DNA of 61,717 bases, filler included, from Trichosphaerium sp. ATCC 40318 (Eukaryota; Protista; Tubulinea), in NCBI GenBank assembly GCA_038496445.1. It is 3 parts of 3 records of this genome, joined end to end, with 100 filler letters (N's around TTAATTAATTAA, not from the genome) between each part and the next. Parts side by side here need not be neighbours in the genome. Positions count along the whole stretch, not along the records: positions 1 to 26,364 come from JALMLS010000176.1; 2 more parts are not named here. One strand, given 5' to 3'. How positions within the stretch are numbered: the first letter of the stretch is position 1; each line of letters opens with the position of its first letter. Of this stretch, positions 11,845 through 25,108 are shown one piece after another. The notes under the pieces are model-generated. The model saw only the letters and a program-made list of their open reading frames with translations, was not told where the DNA came from and made no database searches. Position numbers and translations under genes: made by a program.

Positions 11845-13365
11845 AACAATCCACAGTGTGCTGCATGGTATAAAAACCCAAAAATCAAAAAGAAGGTTGA
11901 TCCCGGCAATGCTTTTTACTGGTACTTCAAAACAATTGGTATACTCTCTTTTTTTTGTCTTATTCTAATGCTGCTAGGCTTTCAAAGGATTGGCGTGCCT
12001 CATGGCCTGACTTTGGACGTCCATATAGACTCGGACTCTTTAACACAAACAATAAGGTTGAGACCCAATGGAAGCAATTCATGGCAATATTTGGTGCGTA
12101 AAAAGGTTTAAAAGAAAAAAACAAACTGATTACGTTTTAGGTTTTTCTCAGCATCGCTATGGTATAACACGCTGCATGACCATCTTACCAGCCATTCTGC
12201 TACACCACTGTGTTGTACAGAACTCAATTGAGACAACTGGAGGCACACACATTTGCAAATCACTCGCAAAACTAAAAAGCGAGGAAATGGAGCGCAAAGC
12301 TATGAACTTGCTGTTAAAAGTATGTGATTGGGTTTTTTTCTGTAAATGCATCAATAAATTAATAATACTGTAGCGACACATAACTAAAGTAGACCAAATT
12401 AATGGTGTTACTATGTATGCGTGTCTGGCTAGTGAAAAGAAAATCAGTTATCCAATTTCTTTGAACAACGCAACAGCCACTTGTGGCTGTCCGTACTTTC
12501 TCCACCATGGCAAGGTTTGCAAGCACATTGTGGCTTGTCGCCTTTTTGAGCAAGGTTTCAGCGAAGAGATGGTTGCAGATGAACGCACTATTTTTTTAAA
12601 TCGCGGTAAAATTTTACTTTTACTTACCAGCCTTCATTGACCTCTTTTTAGCTAGCGTTGAGCCTTTGAAGAGTCAGGATAAAGAAACAGCAAGAAAAGA
12701 AACACGACAGCGCAGGTTACGCTATAAAAAAAATAAATCAAACAAAGGATCAACAAAGTCATCAGCAATGCCAATCTCTTCATCACCAACACCTCCAGAA
12801 TCAGTGTGTAGCTCTCCCGGTTCTTTGTGTTCTCAGCACTCCCCAGAATCTATTTGTACTGGAAATATTATTATTGACGCAGTATTAACCCCTCCAAACT
12901 CCCCTCTACCTCCTGTGGCACAAAATAACCCTTCTTTATGTACCACACAGTGTGCACAACCTGATATTAGCACCTTGCAAACTATTGAAGCGTTTAGAGT
13001 TGAGAAATCTGTCTCTCGTACTATTTTTTTTTTTTTTTGAATACTTACCACTTATTTAGCTGTCCAAAAACGATCACAATCAGAGTTTTGGAAAGGGCTC
13101 AGTAAAGGTGAAGTGGAATTAAAATCACGACGTCGTGTAAAACGTGTTGATTACTCGAATACTTGTAAATAAATTTTTTTTAAAACACGTGGTTATTGCA
13201 ATGTTTGAACGTTATTTGAATTTTATTATGCTTAAACAACACGTGAGCAATACAAAAACGCATCACGTACACGAGAAAACCAAACACCCAGAAACACAAC
13301 ACCGAGGGGTGAAAATACCCGCGCGGGGATTTTATCTCGAAAAGCGGGGATTTTCACCTCTCTCC

Positions 13366-13892
13366 TGAGAATGGGAGGCTACAGACTATGATGTCATACA
13401 CAAATGGTAAACTGCACGGGAATTATTCATGTTGGCATGTCAACGGAAAGCCTAGTGTTGTAAAATCATATGATAGAGGTCATTGTGTTAAATCAAATAC
13501 ATGGTATGCTTCTGGATGCAAGCGTGGTACTATGTATTACAAAGGGACTACAAAACGTATTAAAGAATGGTACGAAAATGGCAACTTATGCCTTTCTGGC
13601 TACAAGCGAGGTGACTCTGTTGAATTGAAACATTGATAATAATGGCAAGTGTAGACTCACTGAACAACACCACAAAGGAGCGAAACATGGGACAAGGACT
13701 GAACGGTGCAAAGACGGAAAACTACGCTCATTTCGTGCTTATGAGAATGGTATTCGTCATGGAGAATTTAAGGCATGTTACAAAAACGGAAACCAACGTT
13801 TTCTGTGCTACTATAAGGATGGTAAAGTAGATGGAGTAAAGGTTGAGTGGCATAAAGATGGTGCATTCAAATCAGTGAGGTTGAGAGTATAG
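13366..13892 (+). pseudogene. 3' part of the intronless MORN-variant repeat gene
   Basis: ENGRLQTMMSYTNGKLHG, KEWYENGNL, YENGIRHGEFKACYKNG, YKDGKVDGVKVEWHKDG; in-frame stop at 13634-13636. Confidence 0.8.
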
Positions 13893-14143
13893 CATACGTG
13901 AAGAACAAAAAAAACCTGAAATCAAATGATCAACATAGCTGAGTGACTCCATAATAAATTCTTCCCCTAGGTTCGAGACTCGTATCCTACATTACCTGTG
14001 GTCATTAGAATCAAACTGTTACAGCTACTTCTAGAAAATTAAGGACCAGGAGCTGAATCTGAGCCAAAGAAAAGGCAAGAACCTTGATTGATTAGGTTTT
14101 TATTTTTCAACAGCATCTTAAATAAAGCCACTCATCAGCCAGA

Positions 14144-15271
14144 ATGCGTTCTAAAACAGCATATGCAGGACCAAACAAGGTGCTAGATGAACCCAACCTA
14201 TTAGAAGTACCAACAGAGATAATCGCTTATATGCTAGAGTTTGTGGACCGCTCTGATCGATTTCAAGTATCTCAAACCTGTAACCGTTTATCGAACGTTA
14301 TTCACCATCACGTTGGATACGATTTTATCGTACTTCGATCTAGTGCATGTTGTGCTCGTCTTTGTGGAAGTCCTCTTCTAAAAAACACCCATATTGAGAT
14401 GCAAGGTTGGGGAACAGATTTTGAAGTCGCACTTCTTGCGGGTGTTGACTCGCTCGGAATTCGTGACAACGGCAACCTCACAGATGTAGGATTGAAGTAT
14501 ATTTGTGGTATACGTCGCTTGTCATTGTCTAGATGTACAGCAGTAACAGAAGCGGGTTTACTACCACTTACCAAGCACCTCAAATATATCTGTCTGGGAG
14601 ACAGTATGGCAGATGGAGTTGTTTCAGCTGCAGCGGGCGTTCATACCATAAGTTTGTTCCACAACAGATCAGTGACAGATGAAGGTATTTCTAAATTGGG
14701 GGGTGTACACACCATAGATTTAAGGCTTGCCAATGTAACGGACAAAGGTGTTTCAGCACTCGCTGGTGTACACACCATAAATCTGTGTGGACGTCAATGC
14801 ATCACAGACGAAGGTATTTCAGCGCTTGCTGGTGTACATAACATAGATCTATGTGCGTGCCCACTCATTACAGATGAAGGCATTTCAGCCCTCGCAGGTG
14901 CACATACCATAAGATTGAGTGAATGTGATCTCATCACAGATGAAGGTATTTCAAGATTGAAAGGTGTGAAGAAAATAGCTCTGTCAGGTTGTAAAGGAAT
15001 CACTGTATCGTGTATGAAAAGTCTTACTGGTGTGCATTCAATCAATCTGTCTCGTAATGTAAACGTAACAGATAAGTGGCTCAGTCATCTTTCAGGTGTC
15101 AAAGAGATTAACCTGGTTGATTGTCCAAATATCACAGAAAAAGGAATTGAATCATTAGCTAGCTTGCATAATATCCGTCTATTACAAGGAAGCTTCTCAC
15201 GTGAATTCATTGCTACTCTCGAAGAAAGAGGTGTGCATGTAGATGAGATTCCAGACTATTTGTTAATTTGA
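14144..15271 (+). CDS. Intronless F-box + leucine-rich repeat protein
   Basis: F-box LLEVPTEIIAYMLEFV...VSQTCNRL; about ten 22-aa repeats of the form LAGVHTINLxGCxxITDEGISA. Confidence 0.9.
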   Translation: MRSKTAYAGPNKVLDEPNLLEVPTEIIAYMLEFVDRSDRFQVSQTCNRLSNVIHHHVGYDFIVLRSSACCARLCGSPLLKNTHIEMQGWGTDFEVALLAGVDSLGIRDNGNLTDVGLKYICGIRRLSLSRCTAVTEAGLLPLTKHLKYICLGDSMADGVVSAAAGVHTISLFHNRSVTDEGISKLGGVHTIDLRLANVTDKGVSALAGVHTINLCGRQCITDEGISALAGVHNIDLCACPLITDEGISALAGAHTIRLSECDLITDEGISRLKGVKKIALSGCKGITVSCMKSLTGVHSINLSRNVNVTDKWLSHLSGVKEINLVDCPNITEKGIESLASLHNIRLLQGSFSREFIATLEERGVHVDEIPDYLLI

Positions 15272-15279
15272 AACTTAGC

Positions 15280-16316
15280 AATAAATATTGTACCAGCAAA
15301 TGCCCTACATCTTACCATGTTCTTTTTGTTCTTTGACATAAGATACAGGTTACACCTATCTTTTTTATCACTAATCTCTCCTGCTTAATAAACGACATGT
15401 GCAAAAAAAACAAACTCAAAAGGGGATTATGCGTAAACTCCAGCTCACCTCTGTATTGTTTAGGTTGCAAGAGTATTTTTTGATTTGTAGTTTTGTACAA
15501 GTGTAGTATCTTTTAGGAATAAAAACTGTCCTTAAAAAGTTCATCTATTTGGTCTTTTCACAAAATTGTACAACTCCACTGGCCAAACCATTATTCCCAT
15601 TACATCCCATCAATGCAACTCCACCTCATCACTCTTACATTTGGTCAACTGCATCCTATCCCTCCTTCAATAGATTGTGCTCAGTTTGAGTTTATAGCGT
15701 ACTATCTGGGTGTACTACCTATGACTATTAATGGAGCAATGGCGTACTTATTGGTATCAGCTTCAAATGACTTCAAGCTTGTAGGGTTTTTTTGACCTTT
15801 TTGTCTCTATTTTTGTGATACAGTTGTCTTTTAAGACGGCCAAAACGTGTTTGCTTAGGAATAGAACCCGAAACCTATTGTGAAATTTCACAAAAAGTAG
15901 TATAGTTTGGTACGTCACGAGCTGAGTTTTTCCGCTTGTTTGGTTTATCGTCGCCGGTCTGAACTATTTAAGAGAAGGTATAAGACTGACCTTCATAATT
16001 AAGTAAGCGTAGTTGTCGCGATATATATCTTGTAATCTAAAAATGATAATTCGGCTAGAGGATTTGACATGAAATAACACTATTTTGTGTTAGCACTACT
16101 CCTGATTTTTTGGGACAACTTGTGAACATAGTTAGCCTTTTGCAACTCTATAGCTATACCATTAGCGTATCGTTGTGGATTTCTTCACGTGAGCATTCCA
16201 ACAGAAAATCACGTGTGATACTAATCTGGAGCGGCTGTTTAAACAGTAAGCTTAATGTTACAATAGAATAACGTTATTTCAGGGCAAATCCAAAGTAGTA
16301 CAACTGAAACTAGTTG
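15280..16316 (+). repeat. ~1-kb dispersed repeat, copy 1 (copy 2 at 35800-36715)
   Basis: Colinear high identity from AATAAA..TACCAGCAAATGCCCTACAT to CAACTGAAA.TAGTTG with small indels. Confidence 0.92.
16060..16291. mobile_element. MITE-like element of the GGATTT...AAATCC family, copy A
   Basis: About 35-bp imperfect TIRs GGATTTGACATGAAATAAC / GTTATTTCAGGGCAAATCC; body shared with three other copies; no TSD seen. Confidence 0.7.
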
Positions 16317-16627
16317 TTTTTTTTGTTTTATGGAAAGGAAATACACAAAAAAATCAATCTACTTTAATTGTTTTTTCGCTAAAGGTGACTGACACGAAGG
16401 CCATTTCCATTGAACTACACCCGCTCCAATGCGGAGTTGACTCCCAAGAATATAGTAATAGTTATTTTATACTATTTGCAGTTATTTTTTTCTAAAATTG
16501 TTTTTCTTACTTGTTAGCTGAATGCCTAAAAATAACCATTCCCTTATAATTTTACGACACAATCTGCAAAAAGACTGTACGGCTAATGACTTAACCTTAG
16601 TCGGTTATTCGTTTACATCACGATTTC

Positions 16628-19600
16628 ATGGAGCCTCTCGTGACCCTCAATGAGGGGTTTGAATTAACAGCAAAGCAGTTATGCGATCTAGTTACGAACA
16701 ACATCAGTACGGTTATTGTAATAATACGGAACGTTTTTAACTTGTTTAGGCGATAACACCCTTGAAAAACTAGGTGGAGCTAAGAAACTAGCGGAGCTTT
16801 TGAAAACTGATCCATTAAACGGTTTACCTGATAGTGAAGGCCCTGATTACGACGAAAGGCGTAAAACGTATCTTTTTATTTTTTGTTGTTATTAATAACA
16901 CGTTTTCTGTAACTCCACTAGATACGGTGAGAACATTCCAAAACCACCTCCAAGGCCTTCTTTTATTAAGTTTATTTGTAAAGTGCATTTTGACGTGTGT
17001 TTGGTGCGTTGTAGCCTCATTGACGCCCTGTTTTATTCTGTTTAGATAATTCTTGCTCTGGTTTGTGCCGCTTCAAGCGTATGGAGTAGATGACCATTTT
17101 TAATAAATTACCTGACACACTAATAGATTGTCGCGTTAATATTCGGTGAAGATAAACGCACAGATTGGATAGAAAGTGCCGTAATTTTATTTGTTGGCAC
17201 GTGATTTTTTTTGTACCATTTTTGAGATTTTTTTTGTGTTTTTGTGTTTTTTTTTGAACCTTTGGTAACTGTTTGTTGTAGCTATTCTTATCTTGTTGGC
17301 GAATACTATATCACGTTATATTACCGCCTTAAAGTGCCAGAAGATCCCAACAACACGTCTTAACACAAGTCGATACACAGTAATGCGAGGTGGAAGCAAA
17401 AAACTGATAGACGAGGAAAGCCTTCTTGTAGGAGATGTTCTGCTTCTTAATGGAGGTGATAAAATTCCTGCTGGTAAAGTGGCCCCAGTGTCTTTTCTGT
17501 ATAATAACCATGTGCGTAGATGGAGTGGTCCTATCCTCAAATGATATGTATTGTGATGAAAGCGCAATTACAGGAGAGCCTAGTCCTGTACGAAAAGGTG
17601 ATTCTTCACCTATAGCTTTCCATGGGTGCAACGTTTTCAATGGCTATGGATCGGTGCTCGTAGTAGCTGTAGGATCAAATACAAGGAGGGCAGCGTTACT
17701 CGATTCGATAGAAGAGAACCTTGACCCTAACGATACTGAACTGAGTCCAACCTTAACTGCACTACCAGTGTATACGTACAAATTCGGAATCGTTGTAGCT
17801 ATTGTTGCGATTACATGTCTGCTCATACGGTAATTACAACTGCAATTAACCACATAGATTTACTTATGTTATACCTAGATGGTCCGTAGTAAAGTACAGT
17901 ACTAATAACGACCTATGGCGGAACGCAGATTTGGTTACAATTTCAAATTTTTTCATATTTTTTTTAACAATCATCGTTGTCACTCTCCCAGAAGGTACCC
18001 ACCCTTGTTGCACAATAATTTATACATGCAATACATACCTAAGAATAACTAACTGATGATGATTAGGTATTTATTCAGCAGTGGCTTTAGTATTGGCGGC
18101 AAACATAGCAAAGTTGCCTCCAACTGTACTAATAAGTAACTTTATGAGTTTCAAAGATTTAGCCCAAATAACAAAGATTGTTGCTGATAAAACAGGAACC
18201 CTCACACACAATCAAATGATTGTACGCAAGACGTACTTGGCAGGATCTTATACCAAAGATACCCTTCCGGATGAAAGGAAGAAATCAATCATGTCATACA
18301 TAGCAGAATGCGTCGCTGTTACTTGTGATGGCTATATAACCTTTCTACCAAATGGACAAACTGAGTACCATGGAGTTAATACTGATTGTGGTTTGTTATT
18401 ACATATCCAATCGCTAGGTTTTGACTATGAAAATATAAGAGGTGAAGCTGTAGTTGTAGACAAAATCCCATTTTCCCGGTACGACATGGTCTCTTTCTGT
18501 TCTTGTGACAACTTTGTTGAGTCTTTTTTTTTCTAGCATGAAAAAATACGAAAGTGTCATTGTTAAGACGGTTAATGGATATCGGTTGTACTGCAAAGGT
18601 TCTCCAGATAGCGTCATGAAATTAAGCACGAAAATGGTAAAATCAAAGACTAAACACGATACTATCGTTTGTGTTGGTATTAGTGATAAGTACAAAGAAA
18701 AAGTTGAAAAGAAATTAGATGAGGTAAGTTTGTTCTATTACTCTTTGTCTTTGTCTTCAAACCTGACACCTTATTAGTACGCTGAAGGTTTAAGGGCAAT
18801 AGCTATTGGATTCAAAGATATTCCAGCCACAAGCAATATTGGCAAAGTTATAGGTTCAGGAACTTCGGCATCAGAAATTTATGGTATTTGTAATGGATTA
18901 GTTCACCTTGGGATTTTTGGGTTTGCAGACTCTCTAAGACCAACTGCTACAGAGGCACACTTTATTCATCAAAGACGATAATATCTGCTAACTCATTGAT
19001 ATACTTAGAATATAGAAGAGTGGATTGGTGCAGGCATAGATGTTACAATGGTTACAGGTGATAACCAGATTACTGCAAAAGTTATTGCTACAGAATGTGG
19101 TATTCTCACAGACGGAGAAATAATCCAAGGTAGCCAACAAACTCTAAGATACATTGATCTATGTCTCTAATAGTATTTTAAGGGAGAGATTATGACAACC
19201 TTGAAGAAAGTGAACAAAAATCAAAAGATTTTCAAGTCATCTGTAGAGCTACTCCTAGAACCAAGGATCGTTATGTTGCAAATCTCAGAAAAAATCGTCA
19301 TATTGTTGCATGTTTAGGAGACGGTACTAATGATGCGCCAATGCTGTATACTTCAGATGTTGGCGTTTGTATGACAATGAACAGTTCAGCTACGGCAAGA
19401 GAAGCCAGTGATATGTATATCACTGACTTTAACTCATTTACACGTGCCATGATCTTTTCACATAATGTTTATGATTCTATATCCAAGATTACGCAATACG
19501 AGGTCACAGGTATGTATAAGTATTAATGTTGTTTCTGGCTTCAGATCACGATTAATCTTGTTTTTTTCTGACTTTTTTCTTCTTTTACAGTGTATCTTGT

Positions 19601-20467
19601 TTGTGGTGTCTTGGTGATGTTGGGCTCTTTGGGGCAAGGTTTAAGTCCTTTAAAAGCTATTCACTTATTATGGATACTATTGGGTATAAATTCAGTAGCA
19701 GCTAAGGGTTTTGCGTCCGAAAAAGCGCCAAAGAAACTGTCAAAGTTTAAACCAAAGTTATTCACTTTCAGGTATTTTTTCAAATTCAAAAAAAAAAAAG
19801 AAGAAAAGTGCTTACCATTCTGTTGTAGCATGTGGATTTTTATTGGGTTCCATACAATCTATCAAGTATTTTTCACATACTTTACATTGTTTTGGGGCTC
19901 ATCAGCATTTCCTTGGATTTACAATGACATTGAAAAAGAGTCGCTGAAAGAGAAAGAGTTGAATTCAACTCTTGTATTTAACTTTATTGTATTCTGTCAA
20001 TTGTTTAACATGTTTAATGCCAAACGCCTTGTTCCAGGTATTTGTATCCACTCAATATGTTGCTGTACTTACTCAGGGTATTTTAGATAATGTTTTGATT
20101 CGATTTTATGATAACTGGAAGATTGTTTTTGCATTTACAACAATTGCTATTTTACAAGCTATTATTATTCAATTTGGCAGCAAAGCACTTCAAGTAGTGT
20201 CTTTAGGTGAGTTTATATATTTTTAATTTATTCTCAATTGTTCTATAGACTGGAAACAGTGGATATACTGTTTGATCATAGCTGCGCTGGAGCTTATTGT
20301 GGTGAGGAATTGGTTTTTTTCAAGTTTTTTTTTAAACTTTTAAGTTTCTTTGTTTCTTACTGTTGTTTACAAAGGATATTGTTGCAATGTATATTGTGGT
20401 AGCTTACAAAAAAATGAAATCAAAACAGAAAATGAGAAAATCTACAAGATACGTGAACATGGTGTAA
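16628..20467 (+). CDS. Multi-exon P-type ATPase, type IIB (PMCA/Ca2+-ATPase)-like, divergent
   Basis: GDKIPA|DG, DESAITGE, LPEG, DKTGTLT, KGSP, MVTGDN, GDGTNDAP, QLFNMFNAKR motifs across exons. Confidence 0.9.
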
Positions 20468-20737
20468 ATATTTACAATGTCAAACACAATAAAATGATAA
20501 AACTTTGTGAATACAAGGTCAACTTCACACAACATTAAACAATAAAACATTCATCGCACATCCATTAACTACACCTATTACGACCACTAGGAAGTCTAAA
20601 ACACAGCTATGAAAATCATTTCCAACTGTACATAACCAACAAGGTGTTTAGCTGAAGTAGAATATTCGACTAAAACAAAACTAACAGTCAATTAAATCAA
20701 ACCAGATTGGTTTGTAATTATACAAGATATATTCAGT

Positions 20738-23700
20738 CTAAGGTATAGGCTGCGTTACATGATTGTTCATTGTCTGGTTTACACTACTTGCAGCAGGCAT
20801 AGCGCTGTGATCGCTAATTCACATAAGTATACTATGAAAAAAATGTATAAGGTACCTAAAGCTCATGGTCGAATTCCTAGCTGTGGTTCCAACTGTATCC
20901 ATAAACTCTCCAAGGCGTGTCTTATGTATAAATATAGAATTGACAGTTATGGCTGTAGACGAGAAATCAGCTTCATGTCAATTTGAAACGAACTGATATT
21001 GACAGTTGATTAATTTTGGTCACGTGCCTGATCCAACCAATATGAACATTGATACAAGTACGAATCTTGTGAATCTATCAATTGAAGATACTGCAAGAGC
21101 AAAACTAAGGAGCGCAAAGAAAGTAACATTGTAAACAGTAAAGAAGATAATCTTTGACTCATTGAACTTCTTAATTGGAATCAACCTCACTCTGAATGCT
21201 ACAATACTACAAACAAGTAATATCAATCCCTACACGTAATTAGATTTTACTACATAGAACAAAAACTGCCAGGTAGAGACACATGTTGACATGTAATGAA
21301 ACGTACATTTGCAGCACAAATGACATACAAAATAATTGTGTATCCTGACTGTGCTGAGCAACTCCAGTAGTTTTGATAAACTCTAATAGCGTCTATTACA
21401 ATCATAGTAGTTTCAGGTTTACCCACAGCGGTCTATAGAAAAGTTGGATTAGCTCAACAAGTCAATAGTAGAGTTGTACCAGAATAGCCAATAAACTAAC
21501 TTGAGCAAAAACAAGCAATGCAACCCAAATCATCACAACTTTATCACTTATTAAAAATACTGTAGGTGTCTTGTTACTAAATAATCTATCTATCCGTAAA
21601 GTCTTTGCAAGCAGCGGTCTATATAAGTGAGACAAAAAGAACTCAAAAAAACAAAAAGACATACCCAAAGAGAAGGATGAAACCAAGATCAACAAGCCAT
21701 GGCATTATAGTACACGTAGTTGTTGATACAAGATTAGGCATTATTGCAAATACAGAAGCGTATAGTATTGAACTTCCGATAAGCATGAGACCCATAAATA
21801 GAGGAGAAGAAGCCTAACAAACGTCAAAAAAAAAAGTGCAACAGTGGACGTAGAAGTCTGTGGCACGTGCCTTGACTTTCTTATCTTTTAAGTTCAACGT
21901 CAAGAAAATAGCCCAACCAATGTTTATGGTAAACAAACCAATGGCAACTACAGTAACAAGAATCTCGGACCAGTGACCTTAATAGACAGAAAAAATCAGC
22001 AACAAACCTTTTTTTTTTTGGATTGTATTTGTTAGTACCATACTCTACTTTGAAAATACGCTCATGCCATTTAGGCATAGGATAGATTAAATCGCTTTCT
22101 TTAGTTTGTTGTGGTCCTAGAAAACGGTAGTGAGCAAGAAACAAAACAAACAGTAATAGTGAAAGAAAAGTAAGAAAAAAGAGTGCTGCGAGCATAGGTT
22201 GTTTCAAAGTGTACCTATTAACGTCCCTTCTCCTTTCTTTTGTATTTGGATATGTAACCAATCACGTTGTTGTACAGAATTAGAATTCCATGAATACTGA
22301 CCAGAGACTGTTGCAACTTTTAAACGAAACAAATAGTTGTATACAACATCGTCAATCTAAAAAAATTGTTACCATCTCTACTGCTAGCCAAAACGCTTAC
22401 TTTAGTATCACCACAACTACCAAGTGTAGTGTTAACACCGGAGAGTTGAATCTTGGAGTTTTCATCAAGCTGATAGGGAAAAAAAGAGTTAGAACTCAAC
22501 ATATTAAAACACATAATAAAAAAGGACTAACCACAACTGAAGAACCATACGTTGCAATTGCGTTCTCAATAGCTTGTTTATACATAACAAATAATGCAGC
22601 ATAGTAAGGAGTTTGGAAATCAAGTGCCTTACCACCGTTTAGCTCTGTTACAGCGGCTGTGAAAGACTGCCATGTTCCAAGTTCTCTCGTCGCTGGAAAA
22701 GCCATAGAAGTATGGTACTGAGCATTTGTTGATACGTATTGCCATAAATCATTATCAAAAAGATCATGATAGAGTGGAGAATACTCTGGACCTGTCATAT
22801 ATCTTGGAGTGTAATCTAATTCACGTGTTGTGTTCATAATTAAACCAATAGTATCAATAGCTGCAGTACAAACAATCCTAGAATGTCAATATAAATATAA
22901 TATAAAGTTATGTGTACCAAGCATCAGAGTCAGTCTCAATTGCTAGACGAGTGGTTTCGGTGACATTGTCACGAAATTCTTTGGGGAGTTCAGAGAAAGG
23001 CTTTCTGAAATAGAGATACGGAGAAATGGGTACTAAACATTATTTGAATAAAACAAACATATTGATTAAAAGCACGTGCGTTTTGAGAGTGTATAGTCTC
23101 CTTTAATTTTGAATCCTTGGATATCTAGCTCGTTTCTGAATATCTTAGATCTACATCTAATAGGATATTAGGTCACAAAGAGACGCTCAGATAAGCTGAA
23201 GTGTTATTACCTATCAGCCAGGAAATCATGTTTTTCTCCAGTAAAAATTGAAATGGTCTTAATACCAGCAACACGTAAAGAGGGTAGAGATGTAAGGAAA
23301 GAGTTTTCTGCTGCAGCTCCTACGGATAATGCACGAGTACTACCAGCAAAAACTGCATTTACTGAGTTTCCAACGCTCACTAAGCAACACTCAGAAAGAA
23401 TAGTGGCACAAACACCGGTTAAAAGTACCTAAAAATCGTCCTCGTTTTTCTGTCATTGTTAAAATATCTGCAGTTTGAGAAGACTTTGGACCAATTATGA
23501 ATGACACTGAAGGATCATCTAATAATTCTGTATAAAGTTCGTTAATGAGAGTTTGATTATCATATCCGTTTTTGTATATCCTATAAATGGTCAACAACGT
23601 AAGCTCAAAAAAGGGAAAAGCTCTTTTTTGACTTTTTGGAAAAAAAAACAATGCCGCACATAAATCGTAGTCCAACCTTTTCTCCATTTATATCAATGAG

Positions 23701-24030
23701 TTTATTACTATTTATCATCCAGTTTTCAAAGTAATTAAACAGTATGCTACAACCAAAATTAGAAATAAGTATACTAAGAGCGAGAAAAGTCTATCTTTAG
23801 AAGTGGCTTTTTAGCGAACTTTGATTCTCAAGGTAAACAAAAAAAACTGTACCGCATTTCAGAGACGAATTCAAAGTTTTTTTCCGGCGTCCAACTAAAG
23901 ACAACAGCTACATAAAAAGTAAAGAAATCATCTACTAAAACAGAAAAAAAAAAATCCACGTGGACATACCGACTGTAATATTTCGGAGGGAAACACAGCC
24001 GGATACAAAAAAACAGAGGCATAGTATCAT
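20738..24030 (-). CDS. Multi-exon class C (GABA-B-like) GPCR with large extracellular binding-protein-like domain
   Basis: Signal peptide MILCLCFFVSGCVS; FIIGPKSS in the ectodomain; KVK|ASSPLF, PLLAKTLRIDRLF and KKFNESKIIFFTVYN motifs of the family-3 7TM domain. Confidence 0.85.
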
Positions 24031-24667
24031 ATACAAAGTATTACGACACGTTGCCATGGTTGAATAGTTACAATAATACTGCACAAGCAATAACTTAAGT
24101 CAAAAGTTTCGGGTGTGAGCCTCCATAGATAACAACTAAGCGAAGCATAGCTCGGACTTCCTCGTATTAGCTGTAACCAACTAGCTTGACTATACGTTGA
24201 GAATACATCATAGGAACTAGGAATCGTCATGTGGAACCACGTGTAAACAGTTAAGCTCCAAGGAGCCACAGAAATAATTAGAGGTGCTCTATCCTAAACT
24301 TGAATCACATGATAAACGGAGTTTGTTGCTCGGCTTTTATGTTGGCCTGTCAGCTATAACAACTATAGTATTTCGGGCCTCAAACCTATTTAGCAAAAAC
24401 GTAGTAGTTCCAACGCTTGTGTACGTTTTGTAACGGCAATGCCATAAAAAAAGTTAGCAGTAGGCAGAAAAACTTGCCCCTCCACGTGAACATAACTTAT
24501 ACCTGCTACTCCATTACCCATGAAATGGTTAAGCATCAATTCAAGACTTGGTATTGCTTAGAAATTAGTATACACGCACGCATAGAACGTAAGAGCTGAA
24601 AGAATAATGTTGCTAGTTTTAGTTTTTTTATTTTTACAAGTTGCGATTTTGTATGTGTTTGCACAGG

Positions 24668-25033
24668 CTATGATTGCTTTGGACCTTTGAATACAACTCC
24701 ATCTACAGTGATAGCGTTTTCTTTAAGGTCAAAAGAACATTTTTTAACCACTGGGTTCTCTATAATACCATCAACCTCTCCACCATACGCTCCGTAGTGT
24801 TTCCAACGCGTAAAAGTGCAAACAATAAAACTCTCTACTATTTCGAATGTTCCTGTTTCTACTCTTCTAGCAAACCCCTCTGTGAAACAACGCGAAACAG
24901 TGCCGTTTGATTTTGTTTTATCGTCTCCTTCAAAAGCGAACCTATAAGTCCTCATTCCTCCAGCTGAATACGCTCCTGCGGTAAGAATAGCTCCCATTGC
25001 TAAAAATAACTTGGCGTTGTGTTTCAACGACAC
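24668..25033 (-). CDS. Hypothetical protein (start uncertain)
   Basis: 121-codon ORF with protein-like composition; no recognised motif. Confidence 0.4.
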   Translation of the reverse strand: MSLKHNAKLFLAMGAILTAGAYSAGGMRTYRFAFEGDDKTKSNGTVSRCFTEGFARRVETGTFEIVESFIVCTFTRWKHYGAYGGEVDGIIENPVVKKCSFDLKENAITVDGVVFKGPKQS

Positions 25034-25108
25034 ACGAAAGGAATTGACTTTTTTTTCTTGATTTGATGTACCTTTCTTGTCAAAAGTGATTGTAGACGTA
25101 CATAGCTC

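Larger units (their letters stand above)
7166..13158 (+). pseudogene. Spliced MULE transposase with SWIM zinc finger, interrupted and partly deleted
   Basis: N-terminal Cys/His domain; GIDSVYKFNAYSFPIWGMVCED...GRGF (first catalytic Asp region); SWIM CGCPYFLHHGKVCKHIVAC. The second-Asp/CxxH region seen in MULE-2 was not found. Confidence 0.85.
6990..13365 (+). mobile_element. MULE-1, Mutator-like DNA transposon (6376 bp) disrupted by nested insertions
   Basis: About 155-bp terminal inverted repeats starting GGAGAGAGGTGAAAATCCCCGC; perfect 9-bp TSD TGAGAATGG at 6981-6989 and 13366-13374; internal transposase exons. Confidence 0.93.

Noticed and set aside
3107-13627. Duplicated MORN piece as a DGR template/variable repeat pair
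   Set aside because: Few differences, not adenine-specific in one direction, and no reverse transcriptase in the window.
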